A stretch of DNA of 64,000 nucleotides from assembly GCA_963773065.1 (NCBI GenBank), contig CAVYZN010000019.1, positions 20,894 through 84,893 on the forward strand, in the 5' to 3' direction. The position numbers and the translations under genes were made by a program. Positions 21,114 to 31,137 of this stretch are shown here, one piece after another. The notes below the pieces were generated by a model, which worked only from the letters and a program-made list of their open reading frames with translations, ran no database searches and was not told where the DNA came from. This DNA comes from an uncultured Gammaproteobacteria bacterium. Its GTDB lineage: Bacteria; Pseudomonadota; Gammaproteobacteria; UBA9214. The first letter of the stretch is position 1; each line of letters opens with the position of its first letter.

Positions 21114-21155
21114 GAGACGCCGAACGCCCAGGTTCAGCGGCGCGGCGCAGCTAAC
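21114..21155 (-). other. Right arm and core site of an attC-like site upstream of hicB
   Basis: Minus strand CCGCTGAACCTGGGC-GTTCGGCGTCTC; these 12 nt are the exact complement of GAGACGCCGAAC after hicA. Confidence 0.65.
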
Positions 21156-21160
21156 AGGTG

Positions 21161-21179
21161 CAAGGGGTCAGACCCCTTG
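21161..21179. repeat. REP-type palindrome CAAGGGGTCAGACCCCTTG
   Basis: Perfect inverted repeat resembling RAYT-associated REPs. Confidence 0.55.
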
Positions 21180-21260
21180 ATCGGACTTCTCCACGGTATT
21201 CAGCGCCAGTTTCCCAACGCCCAGCTTCGGTCCTCCGAAGCACCGGGGAGATATCCCGGG

Positions 21261-21791
21261 TTAAGACACGTTACCTTCACTGCATAGACGGACCAGCCCC
21301 ACGAGCGCGGCCTTGATCATGGCGTAAACGGCGCCGCCCACAAACGGCACGCGCTCGGCGTTGCAACTGCCGATCATGATGATGCGCCCGCCCGTCTTCA
21401 TGTGCTTGACGGCAGTCTGCGTGGCGACGAACACGGCGCGCAGGTTGATAGCCAACGCACGATCGAAGTCTTCCAGGCGATAGTCGTCGATGGGGGCCAT
21501 TACACCAATGCCGGCGTTGTTCACCAGGATGTCGATGCCGCCCAACTCCGCTACCGTTTGCTCCACGGCGGCAATCACCGCCTTGGCATCCGCGCTGTCG
21601 GCCTGGATGGCGATCGCCGGCACGCCGAACGCTTGCGCCGCCTTTGCCGTTTCGTTGGCCTGATCGGACCTGCCAACATAGGTCAGCGCGACGTGGGCGC
21701 CTTCGCGTGCGAGACGCTTGACGATCGCAGCGCCGATGCCGTGGCTGCCGCCGGTGACCAGCGCCCGCTTGTTTTCGAGTGGTCGATCCAT
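21261..21791 (-). pseudogene. SDR-family oxidoreductase, C-terminally truncated
   Basis: TGGSHGIG, NNAG and YAMIK motifs; stops at 176 aa without the usual C-terminal third. Confidence 0.8.
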
Positions 21792-21851
21792 ACTGTTCCT
21801 AATACAACTTCAGTTTAGCAGTTTGACCCGCATTGCAAGGCGTTTTCCACA

Positions 21852-21920
21852 GCTTGAACGTACCGCCTGAGCGGCGGCGCGACAACGCCGCGCGATGGAA
21901 TGGTCAGGCGATGGTTGGCA
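21852..21920 (-). other. attC-like site downstream of the GNAT gene
   Basis: Minus strand TGCCAAC-CATCGCCTGA...CCGCTCAGGCGGTAC-GTTCAAG; AAC/GTT ends with inner CGCCTGA/TCAGGCG pairing. Confidence 0.6.
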
Positions 21921-21922
21921 CA

Positions 21923-22480
21923 TTACCTTAGCTTCATCTGCATGACATGGCGCCGCGTGCCTGCCCGCCCGACCTCGCAAAAGCCAGCCTTCTCGAAAAC
22001 GGGCACGAACCCCATGAAACGGTAACTCGGAGAATCCGGATCCACGGGGTATGCCTCGACAATCGAGGCGCCGTGCGCTCGGGCATGCTCGACGGCGGCC
22101 TTGATGATGCGTTGCGTAATCCCTTGACCTCGCAGCCTTCGCAGCACGAAGAAACACGCAATCGACCAGATGCCGTCGTCATTGCTGTCAGCGACGAGTC
22201 GCCGATAGGTGGACCGCGGGGCCACCGAGCACCATGCCACAGGCTCACCATCCAGGTATCCGAGCAGTCCAATCGGGAGTCCCGCAGATACCCGTTTCGC
22301 GATAGCCGCCTTGCGGCTCGCGCCGTCCTTGTGCTTCGCCTCAGCAGGCGTCGCTCTCCAGAGCATGCACCAGCACGCCTTCGGCCCCCCGCGACTTTCG
22401 AACAGACGCTCGAAGTCCGCCCACCGCCGGGAATTCACCTCGTGAAACGCGAGACGGTCGAGTTCAGCGTGATCAGTCAT
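21923..22480 (-). CDS. GNAT-family N-acetyltransferase
   Basis: GGPKACWCM, VAWCSVAPR, WSIACFFV..RGQG, VEAYPVD..SYRFMG. Confidence 0.9.
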   Translation of the reverse strand: MTDHAELDRLAFHEVNSRRWADFERLFESRGGPKACWCMLWRATPAEAKHKDGASRKAAIAKRVSAGLPIGLLGYLDGEPVAWCSVAPRSTYRRLVADSNDDGIWSIACFFVLRRLRGQGITQRIIKAAVEHARAHGASIVEAYPVDPDSPSYRFMGFVPVFEKAGFCEVGRAGTRRHVMQMKLR

Positions 22481-22530
22481 CCGATGCTCAAGCCAACGAG
22501 TCTAAAGTGCGTACGCCATAATTGCGTAAA

Positions 22531-22700
22531 GGGGGACACGTTTTCGTGTGATCGCTGAAATTCGTACTGCCACAAATGATAATCACTTCTTGGGTAACGA
22601 ACGCTTCAAGGCAGAAGTGTCCCGCATGCTGCAACGACGTGTCACTCCCGGAAAAGCCAGAAGACTTACAAAGCCAGAGTATAAACGTGGTCTGTCCCCC
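22531..22700 (+). mobile_element. RAYT (REP-associated tyrosine transposase) 3' remnant bounded by inverted REP-like ends
   Basis: IRTATNDNHFLGNERFKAEVSRMLQRRVTPGK resembles RAYT C-termini; ends GGGGGACACGTTT and AAACGTGGTCTGTCCCCC. Confidence 0.6.
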
Positions 22701-22745
22701 ATTCTTATGCCGCAATATCAGCGCACTTTGAAGCCGGCGCGCGGC

Positions 22746-24383
22746 CTAAAGTTTGATCTGGCGAATCGCAGCTTTGACACCCGGCACCAGCGGCGGCGCG
22801 ACGCTGAGGGTACGGAGGCCCAGCTCCAACAAGGAAGGAAGGGCACTCAACTGTCGTGCCAGTTCGCCGCACAACGCGACAGGCACTTGGCCGGCCTCTT
22901 CGACAATGATGCGCAGCAACCGCAAAACCGACGGGTGATCCTCCTGGAAATAATCGTTCACCAGTGGGTTCTCCCGCCCGGCCGCCATCGTGTATTGGGT
23001 CAGATCGTTCGTGCCGATACTGAGAAAATCGGCATGCGCCTTGATCTCGGCCACGCTTAACGCGGCAGCCGGAGTTTCGATCATGGCTCCAAGAGGTGGA
23101 AGTTTTTCCCGACCGATGCCGTTCGCCACCGCTGCCAAACGGCTGCGGACCTGCACCATTTCGTCAGCCAGTGTCACCATCGGCACCATGATGCGCACAT
23201 CGTGATCCTGCGAGAATTGCCCAAGGGCTTGCAACTGCGTATCGAGCAGGTCCGGATACCGCAGGAGCAAACGCACGCCGCGCTGGCCGAGGAACGGATT
23301 GTCTTCGGGCGGGAGTTTCAGAAATGGCAACGGTTTGTCCCCGCCCAGATCCAGCAGGCGCACGGTGATTGGCTTTCCCTTCATGGGCGCGAAGGTCGCC
23401 CGCAACTCGGCCAGCAGCTCGGCTGCAGACGGCGGAGTTTTACGCGACAGATAAAACTGTTCGAGCCGATACAGCCCGACGCCCTCCGCACCATTGTCGG
23501 CGGCCGCGCTCACGTCTTCGCGGCAGCCCACGTTGGCCAGCACGCTGACGGCGGTGCCATCCAGCGTTTGCGCGGGTTGGCGGGCAGATTCCATGACCTG
23601 AATGGTTCTGCACTGCGCACTCCGGATTTCTTCGGTGTAGGTCGTTTGGGTGGCCGCGTTGGGATTGATCAACACTTCGCCGCGGAAACCATCCACGATC
23701 AACACATCCTCGTCGGCAACTTTCTCCGTCACCTTCGCGACTTGGGCCACGGTCGGAATTCCCAACGCTTCCGCCAACAACGCGGCGTGCGATCCCGGTC
23801 CGCCAAACTCCACGACGATCCCTACCACCGAGCGGCGCGGCAGCGCCACCGTGTCGGAGGGTAACAGCCGCCGCGCGACCAGCACACGGCCCGGCGGCAT
23901 TTTTTCCAACGGCGTGGTTTTGACGCCTGCCATTTCCCGCAACAACCGCCGTCTCAAATCCGCCACGTCGTCCGCGTGTTGCTGGTGCGTCTGCTCAGAT
24001 ATCTCGCGAAATTTGCGTTCCCAGCGGCGGAATACGCGGGTCAACGCTTGCGCTCCGCAAATCAATTCTTCCTCCACCACTTCGTGGATTTCCCGGCGCA
24101 AATCCGGATCCTCAAGCATCGCTTCGTGCGCCTCAAAAATCGCCGCCAGCTTCGTGTTGGTGTCGGTTTCGATGCGGCGGGAGGAAACACGTAAATCCTC
24201 GCCCACCGTTCTCATCGCGCGTTCGAGGCATTGAAGTTCATCCCCGACTTGGTGCTGTTCGATGTCGTAAGTCCCCGCGAGCGCCTCAAGTCGTTCCCTG
24301 TGGTAAACAAACGCTGGACCTATCACCAATCCCGGCGAAATGGTGCGCCCGACGATTTTAATGTTGCTGTTCTGTTCAGTCAT
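22746..24383 (-). CDS. ptsI: PTS Enzyme I (PEP-protein phosphotransferase)
   Basis: Phospho-His motif GPGSHAALLA, GVGLYRLE, RLLDLGGDK, NPFLG.RG.R, MIETP, SIGTNDLTQY, LCGE. Confidence 0.9.
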   Translation of the reverse strand: MTEQNSNIKIVGRTISPGLVIGPAFVYHRERLEALAGTYDIEQHQVGDELQCLERAMRTVGEDLRVSSRRIETDTNTKLAAIFEAHEAMLEDPDLRREIHEVVEEELICGAQALTRVFRRWERKFREISEQTHQQHADDVADLRRRLLREMAGVKTTPLEKMPPGRVLVARRLLPSDTVALPRRSVVGIVVEFGGPGSHAALLAEALGIPTVAQVAKVTEKVADEDVLIVDGFRGEVLINPNAATQTTYTEEIRSAQCRTIQVMESARQPAQTLDGTAVSVLANVGCREDVSAAADNGAEGVGLYRLEQFYLSRKTPPSAAELLAELRATFAPMKGKPITVRLLDLGGDKPLPFLKLPPEDNPFLGQRGVRLLLRYPDLLDTQLQALGQFSQDHDVRIMVPMVTLADEMVQVRSRLAAVANGIGREKLPPLGAMIETPAAALSVAEIKAHADFLSIGTNDLTQYTMAAGRENPLVNDYFQEDHPSVLRLLRIIVEEAGQVPVALCGELARQLSALPSLLELGLRTLSVAPPLVPGVKAAIRQIKL

Positions 24384-24465
24384 TTGAATGACTTGAGCTT
24401 CCCCTTGGTTTTTACAGCGAGAGACTTCGACTCAATAGTGACATGGCGATTCAGGCATTACACAA

Positions 24466-24560
24466 GCCGCTAACGTATATCGTTTATCCGCCGCGCAGAT
24501 AGAGCTGTATCGGAGCGCGGTCTTGTTTCGCGGTGGATAAACCTCGTCGGACTGCACTGC
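24466..24560 (-). other. Candidate attI-like site
   Basis: Minus strand CGGATAAACGATATAC-GTTAGCGGC at the head of the cassette-like run; no integrase adjacent. Confidence 0.35.
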
Positions 24561-24799
24561 CGCAGTGACGGTTGATAAGGGGATTGTAAGCCTCGGGAGG
24601 CGATGTGCGTCAAGCGGCTGCTATCGATGATCAAACTATTGCGGCGGATGGGAGGGGGAAAGCGATTTCCGGCGGGCAGTATGGAGCAACCACAGTGGGT
24701 GGCGGCGGTCCGTCAATGGGGCTGAGGCTGGCGCGGGGCGCACGCCACCCTGGCACCGTAGCAACACAACGCATTTTTAATGAGTGCCTGGCGACAGCC

Positions 24800-24838
24800 G
24801 GTGGGTTACGGCACAAACGACGTGCCTAACCCGCCTAC
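24800..24838 (-). repeat. GTAG-type REP palindrome
   Basis: GTAGGCGGGTTAGGCAC-GTCGTTT-GTGCCGTAACCCACC hairpin. Confidence 0.7.
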
Positions 24839-25024
24839 ATCGATTATGGAACCGCCATCGTCAGTCAGGCAAAGACATAGACCATCTTCATCTGACGCTC
24901 CTTGGCCCCCGCGTCGCGCACGGGCTCTGGAAAAGCCGCGGCGCAACCCGGATAATCCCCTCAGCCATAGACGCCCGGCCGATGCCTGCCGGCATACCCC
25001 TATCCGTCACACGAGGACCGACCC

Positions 25025-25429
25025 ATGACTGAAGACATCACCATCAAAAGCGACCAGAAGGGCTTGCGGATCTTCAACAAGCTCCCCTACACCCTGCTCC
25101 TCATCGCCTACCTGCTCGTCGTGCGTTTCACCGGCCTGGACATGCACGGCATCACCGGCTACATCTTCATCGGACTCTGCCTGTTCGTGCTGTTCATCGA
25201 GTTCTTCAAGTCCGGTGACATCAGTACCGCGTACTTTCTGTCCGATATCTTCTTCGCGGTGCTGGCGGTGGTCATCGCCACCGCCCTGATGTCCTACGCG
25301 GTGTTCAAGCTGGGCGAGACGCCCACCTTCTATCACTGGCTGGGCTACGCGGTCATCATCGGTGACGCGGTATTCAGCCCCTTCAACTCCTTCCGCACCG
25401 CCCTGCGCAACTTCGGCGTGGGGAGCTGA
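25025..25429 (+). CDS. Hypothetical membrane protein (about 4 TM)
   Basis: RBS GAGGA, GC3-rich codons, hydrophobic segments. Confidence 0.75.
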   Translation: MTEDITIKSDQKGLRIFNKLPYTLLLIAYLLVVRFTGLDMHGITGYIFIGLCLFVLFIEFFKSGDISTAYFLSDIFFAVLAVVIATALMSYAVFKLGETPTFYHWLGYAVIIGDAVFSPFNSFRTALRNFGVGS

Positions 25430-27088
25430 CTGCCGGACACGATCGCCTGGCGCCCGGGCGCCGACGGACGACCAGGCCCAGGCCGGAGAAGAACACCAGC
25501 AGCGGAAACAGCGGATCGCGACCGCCGGCACGCCGGAGTGCGCATCCGCCGCCCCCGCCCGCCGCCACCACCACCGCCTCCGCCACTATTTGCGGTGTTC
25601 ATCTGCGGCACACTGCAGCCGTCGGGATCCACGGGTGACCCGGCCGGCGTGCCCGGACACAGATCGTTGATATCCATCACCCCGTCGGCGTCGCTGTCCG
25701 GGCTGCCCGGTGTCGTGACGGACTGCTGCACGGCGGCGCTGGCGTCGACGATCCCGGCGCCGCAGAGCAAGGGGTCGCAACTGGCATCCGGGAACGCGCG
25801 GGCGCTCTGCACCAGGATGTCACGCACCTGCTGCGGGTTCAGTTCCCCGTTGACCGACAACATCAACCCGGCAATACCGCTGACCTGGCCGGTCGCGAAG
25901 CTGGTACCCGCCACCGGCTGGTAATCATCCGCCGCCGCCACGGTGCCGCCGGTGTTGGAGAGCGCGGGCAGACCCTCGCCGGCGTCACCGCCGGGTGCGC
26001 TCAGATCGACCCCGCTGCCGGTGTTGGTGTAGGCGGCGCGGGCTCCGCTGCGCGTCGTGGCCGCCACGGTCACCACGCCCTGGCAATTGGCGGGATTCTG
26101 ACCGGCGACATCGCCCCCCGCGTTACCCGCCGCCGTCACGACCACCACTCCCCGCGCATTCACCTCATCGATGGCGTCCTGCTCCAGGCGGGTACAGGGG
26201 CCATCCCCGCCGAGACTCAGATTGATCACCCGCACGGGATTGGCGTTGTCCGGCACGTTGGGAACCCGCAGGCCGGCGGCCCAGCGCAGCGCATCGACGA
26301 TGTCCGAGGTAAAACCGCCGCACTTGCCGAGCACGCGTGCCATCAGCAGGCGTGACCCGTGGTTCACGCCGGCGATGCCCACGCCATTGTCGGTCGCCGC
26401 ACCGATGACGCCGGCGACCCGTGTCCCGTGCCAGGAACTGCGTTCGGCCGGCTCGCCCGAACCGCATTCACCGGCGGCGACCCAGTCACCCGGGTCGGCG
26501 AAATCGGCATCGCGCCCATCGCCGTCATTGGCCAAATCCCGATCGCTGATAAAGTCATAACCGGGCACCCACCGCGCGGGGTCGAGATCGGCATGCGCCA
26601 GGATGCCGGTGTCGAGCAGCCCGATCACGACCGCGGGGGCGCCGCGCTCCTGGTCCCAGGCATCCGGCAGGCGCACCCCGCCCGCATCCTCGAACAGGTT
26701 CCACTGCTGGGCATACAAGGGGTCGTTGGGAACGAACAAGGGCTTCATCATGCGATCCGGTATCGCGTAGGCGACGGCGGGATCGGCGGCCAGACGCGCG
26801 GCCATGGCGGCCGCCACCGCCTCGGGCACCCGCGCCGGCAACGCGAAAACCCGGGCGTTGTAAGACATGGCGTGAAGTGGCGTGAGGATTCGTGCCGGCA
26901 CGCCGGTTCAACCGCCCGAGCAGCACGGCATCGACCCCTGCCGGTGTTCCGCCATCCGCCGGGTTGACGAACCTGACGATCAGGCGATGGGTCGATGCAT
27001 GGCCGCCGGCATCGACGCCTGGGGAAGGCAGCGCCAACGCGGCGGCGAGCAGGACGGCAGCAAGCCGGGTGCGGCGTCTAATCGGCAC
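25383..27088 (-). CDS. Secreted S8 subtilase with TSP3-like Ca-binding repeat and Gly-rich C-terminal sorting signal (frameshifts near 26890 and 25545)
   Basis: Signal peptide in ORF 26555-27088; catalytic LDTG, SWHGT, GTSFA; DSDADGVMD..DLCPGT; tail GGGGGC..DPLFPLL..TM..RRR. Confidence 0.85.
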
Positions 27089-27175
27089 GGTAGGCGAGTG
27101 TTGCGGTCAGCGGCGCCCGCTCCCCGGTGCGCCCTCCCGGCACGTCCGCTACGATCACCCGAATCCGGCAGACGA

Positions 27176-28549
27176 CTAGCGTGGCGGGGCCTGTGGATAA
27201 GCGGATTGGTAGTAGGGTTGCCAGGAAGATTGCGGCGGATAGTAACCATAGCCGTAGCCGTTTGCGGGGTAGCGCGGCGGGGTTGCGGCCGGCGGCGGCG
27301 ACGGCTTCTTTGGTGCGGCAACTTCGGCTTCGGTTGCTGGCGGGGACGCCGCCGCGGGACGCCCCTCATCCGGCAATGTGGCGGACGCCGGATTCGTCTG
27401 CACCGGTTGCGGGGCATTACCGGCCACCGCCTCCTCCTGCGGACCGGCCGCCGGTGTTACCGGCTCGTTGTGTTCCGTGGTCGCGGCAGGCGGCGCATCG
27501 GCCGCCGGCTCGCGTGATGGCGCCGCATCAGTGTCGGCGGAAGGTGTCTCGGTGCGCCCGGCAGTCGATTCCGGCACAGCCACCACGCTGATGGGCGGCG
27601 CCGTCATCTCCACTCCCGTCACCGGTCCGTTCGGCTCGATGATCGCCGATGTCGCGGCGGGCACGTCGCTTGCCGCGTGATCAACGGCGATCCAGTGCCG
27701 GTAGCCCAGCCAGCCGATCATCATCAGGATACCCAGCATGACGGTCATGCTCGCCGATATGCGACGCGCGGTTACCCAGCGGGCAACGGCAGGGATCCGC
27801 GGAGGGGTCGCGGCCATCCCGGGCTGAACGGCAGGGGGTGTATCCGCGGATAGCACTCCCCGGCATCGAATGCCTGACGGCAGGATTACATCGCTGGGCA
27901 TCCCCGGAGATGCGGCCAGCGTCTGGATGAATTCCCCGGGGATGCCCGCCGGTTCACCGGCATCGAGGGTGGTACCGTCATCCTCCCACGCCAGTGCTTG
28001 CTCACCCTGGGAAGTTTCCGCACTGGCCTTGAGCGCCAGCGCCTGTTCCAACTGTGAAGCCTTGACAGCATCCAGCGCCTTGACCGCCTGCGTAGCCATC
28101 CAGGAAAGTGATTTCGCGTCATCCGGCGCCGTAGCGGGCGCCTTCGCGCGCGTACCGGGAAGTATTCCGCGCCGCCTGGGGGGTCGTTCGGCGGCCGCCG
28201 GCCCGGCATCAACCGCGGCCTGTCCGGGGGCCTGTGGCGGTTGGCTGGAACCGTCCTTTGAAGCAGTGGCCGTTTTGTTGGCGGCAGGGACTCTGCTTTC
28301 GGTGAGTTTCTTTTTGGCGGCGGATATCCTGCCGGTGTCGGCCTTTTCCTCGACAGGGGTCTGCTTCTTCACGGCCGCCTTCTTGGCGGCCGCCTGCTTC
28401 TTCCCATCGGCAATCTTCCGCTCTGGCGGAGCGTCAGCGGATTTATTGCCGCCGGCCCCGCCGATGAGTTTCTTCTTACTCTTGCCAGCGCCCGTATTCA
28501 ATTCCTTCGCCGCCTGATCCCGCGCCTCAGTCGTTTTCGCAATACTCAT
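27176..28549 (-). CDS. Hypothetical Lys/Ala/Pro-rich low-complexity protein with one TM helix
   Basis: RBS GGAGG before MSIAK; basic N-terminus, TM MTVMLGILMMIGWLGY, Pro/Tyr-rich tail. Confidence 0.65.
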   Translation of the reverse strand: MSIAKTTEARDQAAKELNTGAGKSKKKLIGGAGGNKSADAPPERKIADGKKQAAAKKAAVKKQTPVEEKADTGRISAAKKKLTESRVPAANKTATASKDGSSQPPQAPGQAAVDAGPAAAERPPRRRGILPGTRAKAPATAPDDAKSLSWMATQAVKALDAVKASQLEQALALKASAETSQGEQALAWEDDGTTLDAGEPAGIPGEFIQTLAASPGMPSDVILPSGIRCRGVLSADTPPAVQPGMAATPPRIPAVARWVTARRISASMTVMLGILMMIGWLGYRHWIAVDHAASDVPAATSAIIEPNGPVTGVEMTAPPISVVAVPESTAGRTETPSADTDAAPSREPAADAPPAATTEHNEPVTPAAGPQEEAVAGNAPQPVQTNPASATLPDEGRPAAASPPATEAEVAAPKKPSPPPAATPPRYPANGYGYGYYPPQSSWQPYYQSAYPQAPPR

Positions 28550-28928
28550 AAGGACCTCCGCTTTCAATCCATGGCCAACAAAGAGCGCCATCATTCCCAA
28601 AACGGGGGGCGATTACAACCCATACCCCGGCCACACGGTCTCGTCATCCGCACGGATTCCCCGGCCAGTGTAGCGGATATTATATACAATGACATTAATA
28701 ATTATTAACTTATGAAATATTTATAATGCATACTCTCCGTCACACGTCGTGTTTCCAACGTGGTCAATTGGCGAGGGCGGATCGGATAAATAATCGCGTG
28801 TTATCCCGGATAACACGAGACGGCAGGCGGGTTCCAACATCAAGGTGCAAGAGCCGCTTGAAAAATCAGCGGAGGATGGCCGTGTGTATTCAGCGTAACG
28901 GCAGCGACCGTTTCAAGGTGCCCCGCCA

Positions 28929-29732
28929 TCAACTACCGCGCACAAACAGCTCGTAGAGCGTCAGCAGGATCTCCACGACGATCAGAACGACGATATACCA
29001 TTCGACGCGCAGCGAGCGTTTCGCCTGCAGCAGCTCCAGTTGGGTTTCGACGGTGCGTGAAATCAGCTCCAGCTTGCGCTCCAGAGCCAGCTTGCGCTCA
29101 CGGATCTCGAATTCCCGTTCCAGCCGCACGTACAGCGGTTCCAGCTCGGGATGGTCCCAGAGGATTTCCGGCTTCTCGCCGACCTCCACCCGTCCCACCA
29201 TGCGATACAGGCTCAGCAGGGTGTCGCCCATGTTCCGCCTCAATTTGCCGGCGGCCCAGGTGGTGGTGCCCCGGTATTTCATCTCTTCCGCCAGCGGTTC
29301 CACCCGGTCGAAGGTGGCGGCGATACTGTCCTCGTATTCCGCCAAGACCATGCTCTGCGCCAGGACCTCGGCGACCGTCTGCAGGCGGTCCATCGAGGCC
29401 TCGTGGATCTGCAGGATTCCGCCGCTGAATCCCTCATCGGTCGCCGGGTCGACCCGGATATCGAGTTCCTCCGTCTCCATTCTGGCCACGCTCTCGCTCA
29501 CCAGCGGGGTCAGCGAGGCAATCAGTTCGGCCTCCTGCTCGACCGGGACATCGAACAGCACCACCGCGCCGTAGCGGAACAAAACCGCCAGCCCCTTTTC
29601 TCCCGAGGACAGCGTCAGGGATTGCACGGCTACCCGCTTGGCCTGGCCCAGGCTTCTGAGGTCGAGCTGCTTACCGATCAGCCTCCCCCGCGCCTTGACC
29701 GTAGGCAACGTGGATTTTGAGGTCGCATTCAT
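28929..29732 (-). CDS. RMD1/YagE (DUF155) family protein
   Basis: VLFRYGAVVLF, LAQSMVL..YE, KPEILWD.PELE, EFEI.ER, RVEWYIVVLI. Confidence 0.88.
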   Translation of the reverse strand: MNATSKSTLPTVKARGRLIGKQLDLRSLGQAKRVAVQSLTLSSGEKGLAVLFRYGAVVLFDVPVEQEAELIASLTPLVSESVARMETEELDIRVDPATDEGFSGGILQIHEASMDRLQTVAEVLAQSMVLAEYEDSIAATFDRVEPLAEEMKYRGTTTWAAGKLRRNMGDTLLSLYRMVGRVEVGEKPEILWDHPELEPLYVRLEREFEIRERKLALERKLELISRTVETQLELLQAKRSLRVEWYIVVLIVVEILLTLYELFVRGS

Positions 29733-29847
29733 CGTGTTCTTCGTGGCGAATAGTGACGATTTGATTTTTATCGAGGCACCGTCATGCCAGGAGGGTCGGT
29801 GCGTTTGTTACCGGCTTAGCGTCATCGTTGCAGACCGAACAGCCGCT

Positions 29848-30996
29848 TCACGCCGCGGCTTTTCCGACCGTGCCTTTGTTACCGCCTTTGGCACGCGCTG
29901 CCTTGGCGCGCCGTTTGAGGATCAGGGCGGCTTCCTGCCCGGCCTTGCCGTAGCGGGCCATGCGCTCGAAATCCTTTTTCAGGATCGGCATATTGATGCT
30001 ATCGGTGGCGGTCTTCCCCGCCTCATAATCCACGTAGGGGTCGTGCACGTAAATGTACTTTTCATCGAATCCGGTCACCACCACCCAGTGCGGGAATTTT
30101 TCCCGGTAGATCCGGTAGGAGCTGATCAGCACGATGGGCATGCCGCCGGCCTCGAATATTCTCTGGATCTCATGCACCCGCAAGGCCCGGTGGCTCAACT
30201 TGATCGGCAGCTTCGCCAGTTCGCCGATGAAGTCCTCCTGCACCAGGCGCATGACTTCCTTCTTTTCATCATTGCGCACGGAATCCACGAACAGCACGCC
30301 CGGCTCCTTGACATAGACCTCGACATCGAAGCCGCGGTGATAAGCCGACAGCGCCATGCCGTAGGGACCGCAGCCGCCGTGACCGGAGGTCATGAAGATG
30401 GTGGTGGATTCCCGCCACAGGCGCAGCTCCAGCAGACGGCTGAGTTCGACCTTCGGATCCAGCACCTTCATGGCCATGAGCAGCGCCGATGGCCCGCAGG
30501 TGAAATCCAGAGTCTGCTCGTAGTACGGCACCCGGACCATGTCCGGTTCCAGATGCGGCGCCAGCAGTTTCTCGTGGCGCAGGGCCTCCATGTGGTCTTC
30601 GTAATAATCCGGCAGGGAGCCGATCCGCTTATAACCCAGCTTCTCATAGAGGCGTATCGCCGTGGCATTGTCCTGGCGCACCTCCAGGCGCAGGTAAATG
30701 CAGTCATGCGCGACGGCGGATTCCTCGGCGGCCGCTATCAGGACGCTGCCGACGCCCCTGCCCCTGAGCTCCGGATCGACGGCCAGCGAATAGAGCCGCG
30801 CGAGCGACGTGCCGGTGTTAAACAGCAGCATGACATAGGCAAGCACCCGTTCCTGCTCCGCGTAGACCAGGGTTTCGGCATTGGCCTTGGTCAGCAGATA
30901 ACGGAAACTGCGGCGACTGAAACGGTCGACGTCAAAGGAGCGGTTTTCGATGGCTACCAGGGCTTCCAGGTCCTGCAGCCGGGCTGGGCGAATCAT
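29848..30996 (-). CDS. GNAT (RimI-like) + peptidase C39-like (DUF3335) fusion
   Basis: RLYSLAV, LRLEVR.DN..AI.LY; YYEQTLDFTCGP, WRESTTIFMTSGHGGC, PHWVVV, YVHDP. Confidence 0.88.
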   Translation of the reverse strand: MIRPARLQDLEALVAIENRSFDVDRFSRRSFRYLLTKANAETLVYAEQERVLAYVMLLFNTGTSLARLYSLAVDPELRGRGVGSVLIAAAEESAVAHDCIYLRLEVRQDNATAIRLYEKLGYKRIGSLPDYYEDHMEALRHEKLLAPHLEPDMVRVPYYEQTLDFTCGPSALLMAMKVLDPKVELSRLLELRLWRESTTIFMTSGHGGCGPYGMALSAYHRGFDVEVYVKEPGVLFVDSVRNDEKKEVMRLVQEDFIGELAKLPIKLSHRALRVHEIQRIFEAGGMPIVLISSYRIYREKFPHWVVVTGFDEKYIYVHDPYVDYEAGKTATDSINMPILKKDFERMARYGKAGQEAALILKRRAKAARAKGGNKGTVGKAAA

Positions 30997-31137
30997 AACT
31001 GGCCTTTTTGGTTGACTGATGACAGGGGGTCACCGGAACGAACCCCTGATTTTGAAGTACCCTGAGCGGTTTGCCATGTTTCTTGGCGATGACGGCGCGA
31101 GTATAGTCGCGCCGTCATCGGCTGCAAGGAGTTTACC

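Noticed and set aside
24560-25020. Integron integrase divergent from the attI-like site
   Set aside because: No tyrosine-recombinase motifs seen in the ORF translations; only REP-like sequence.
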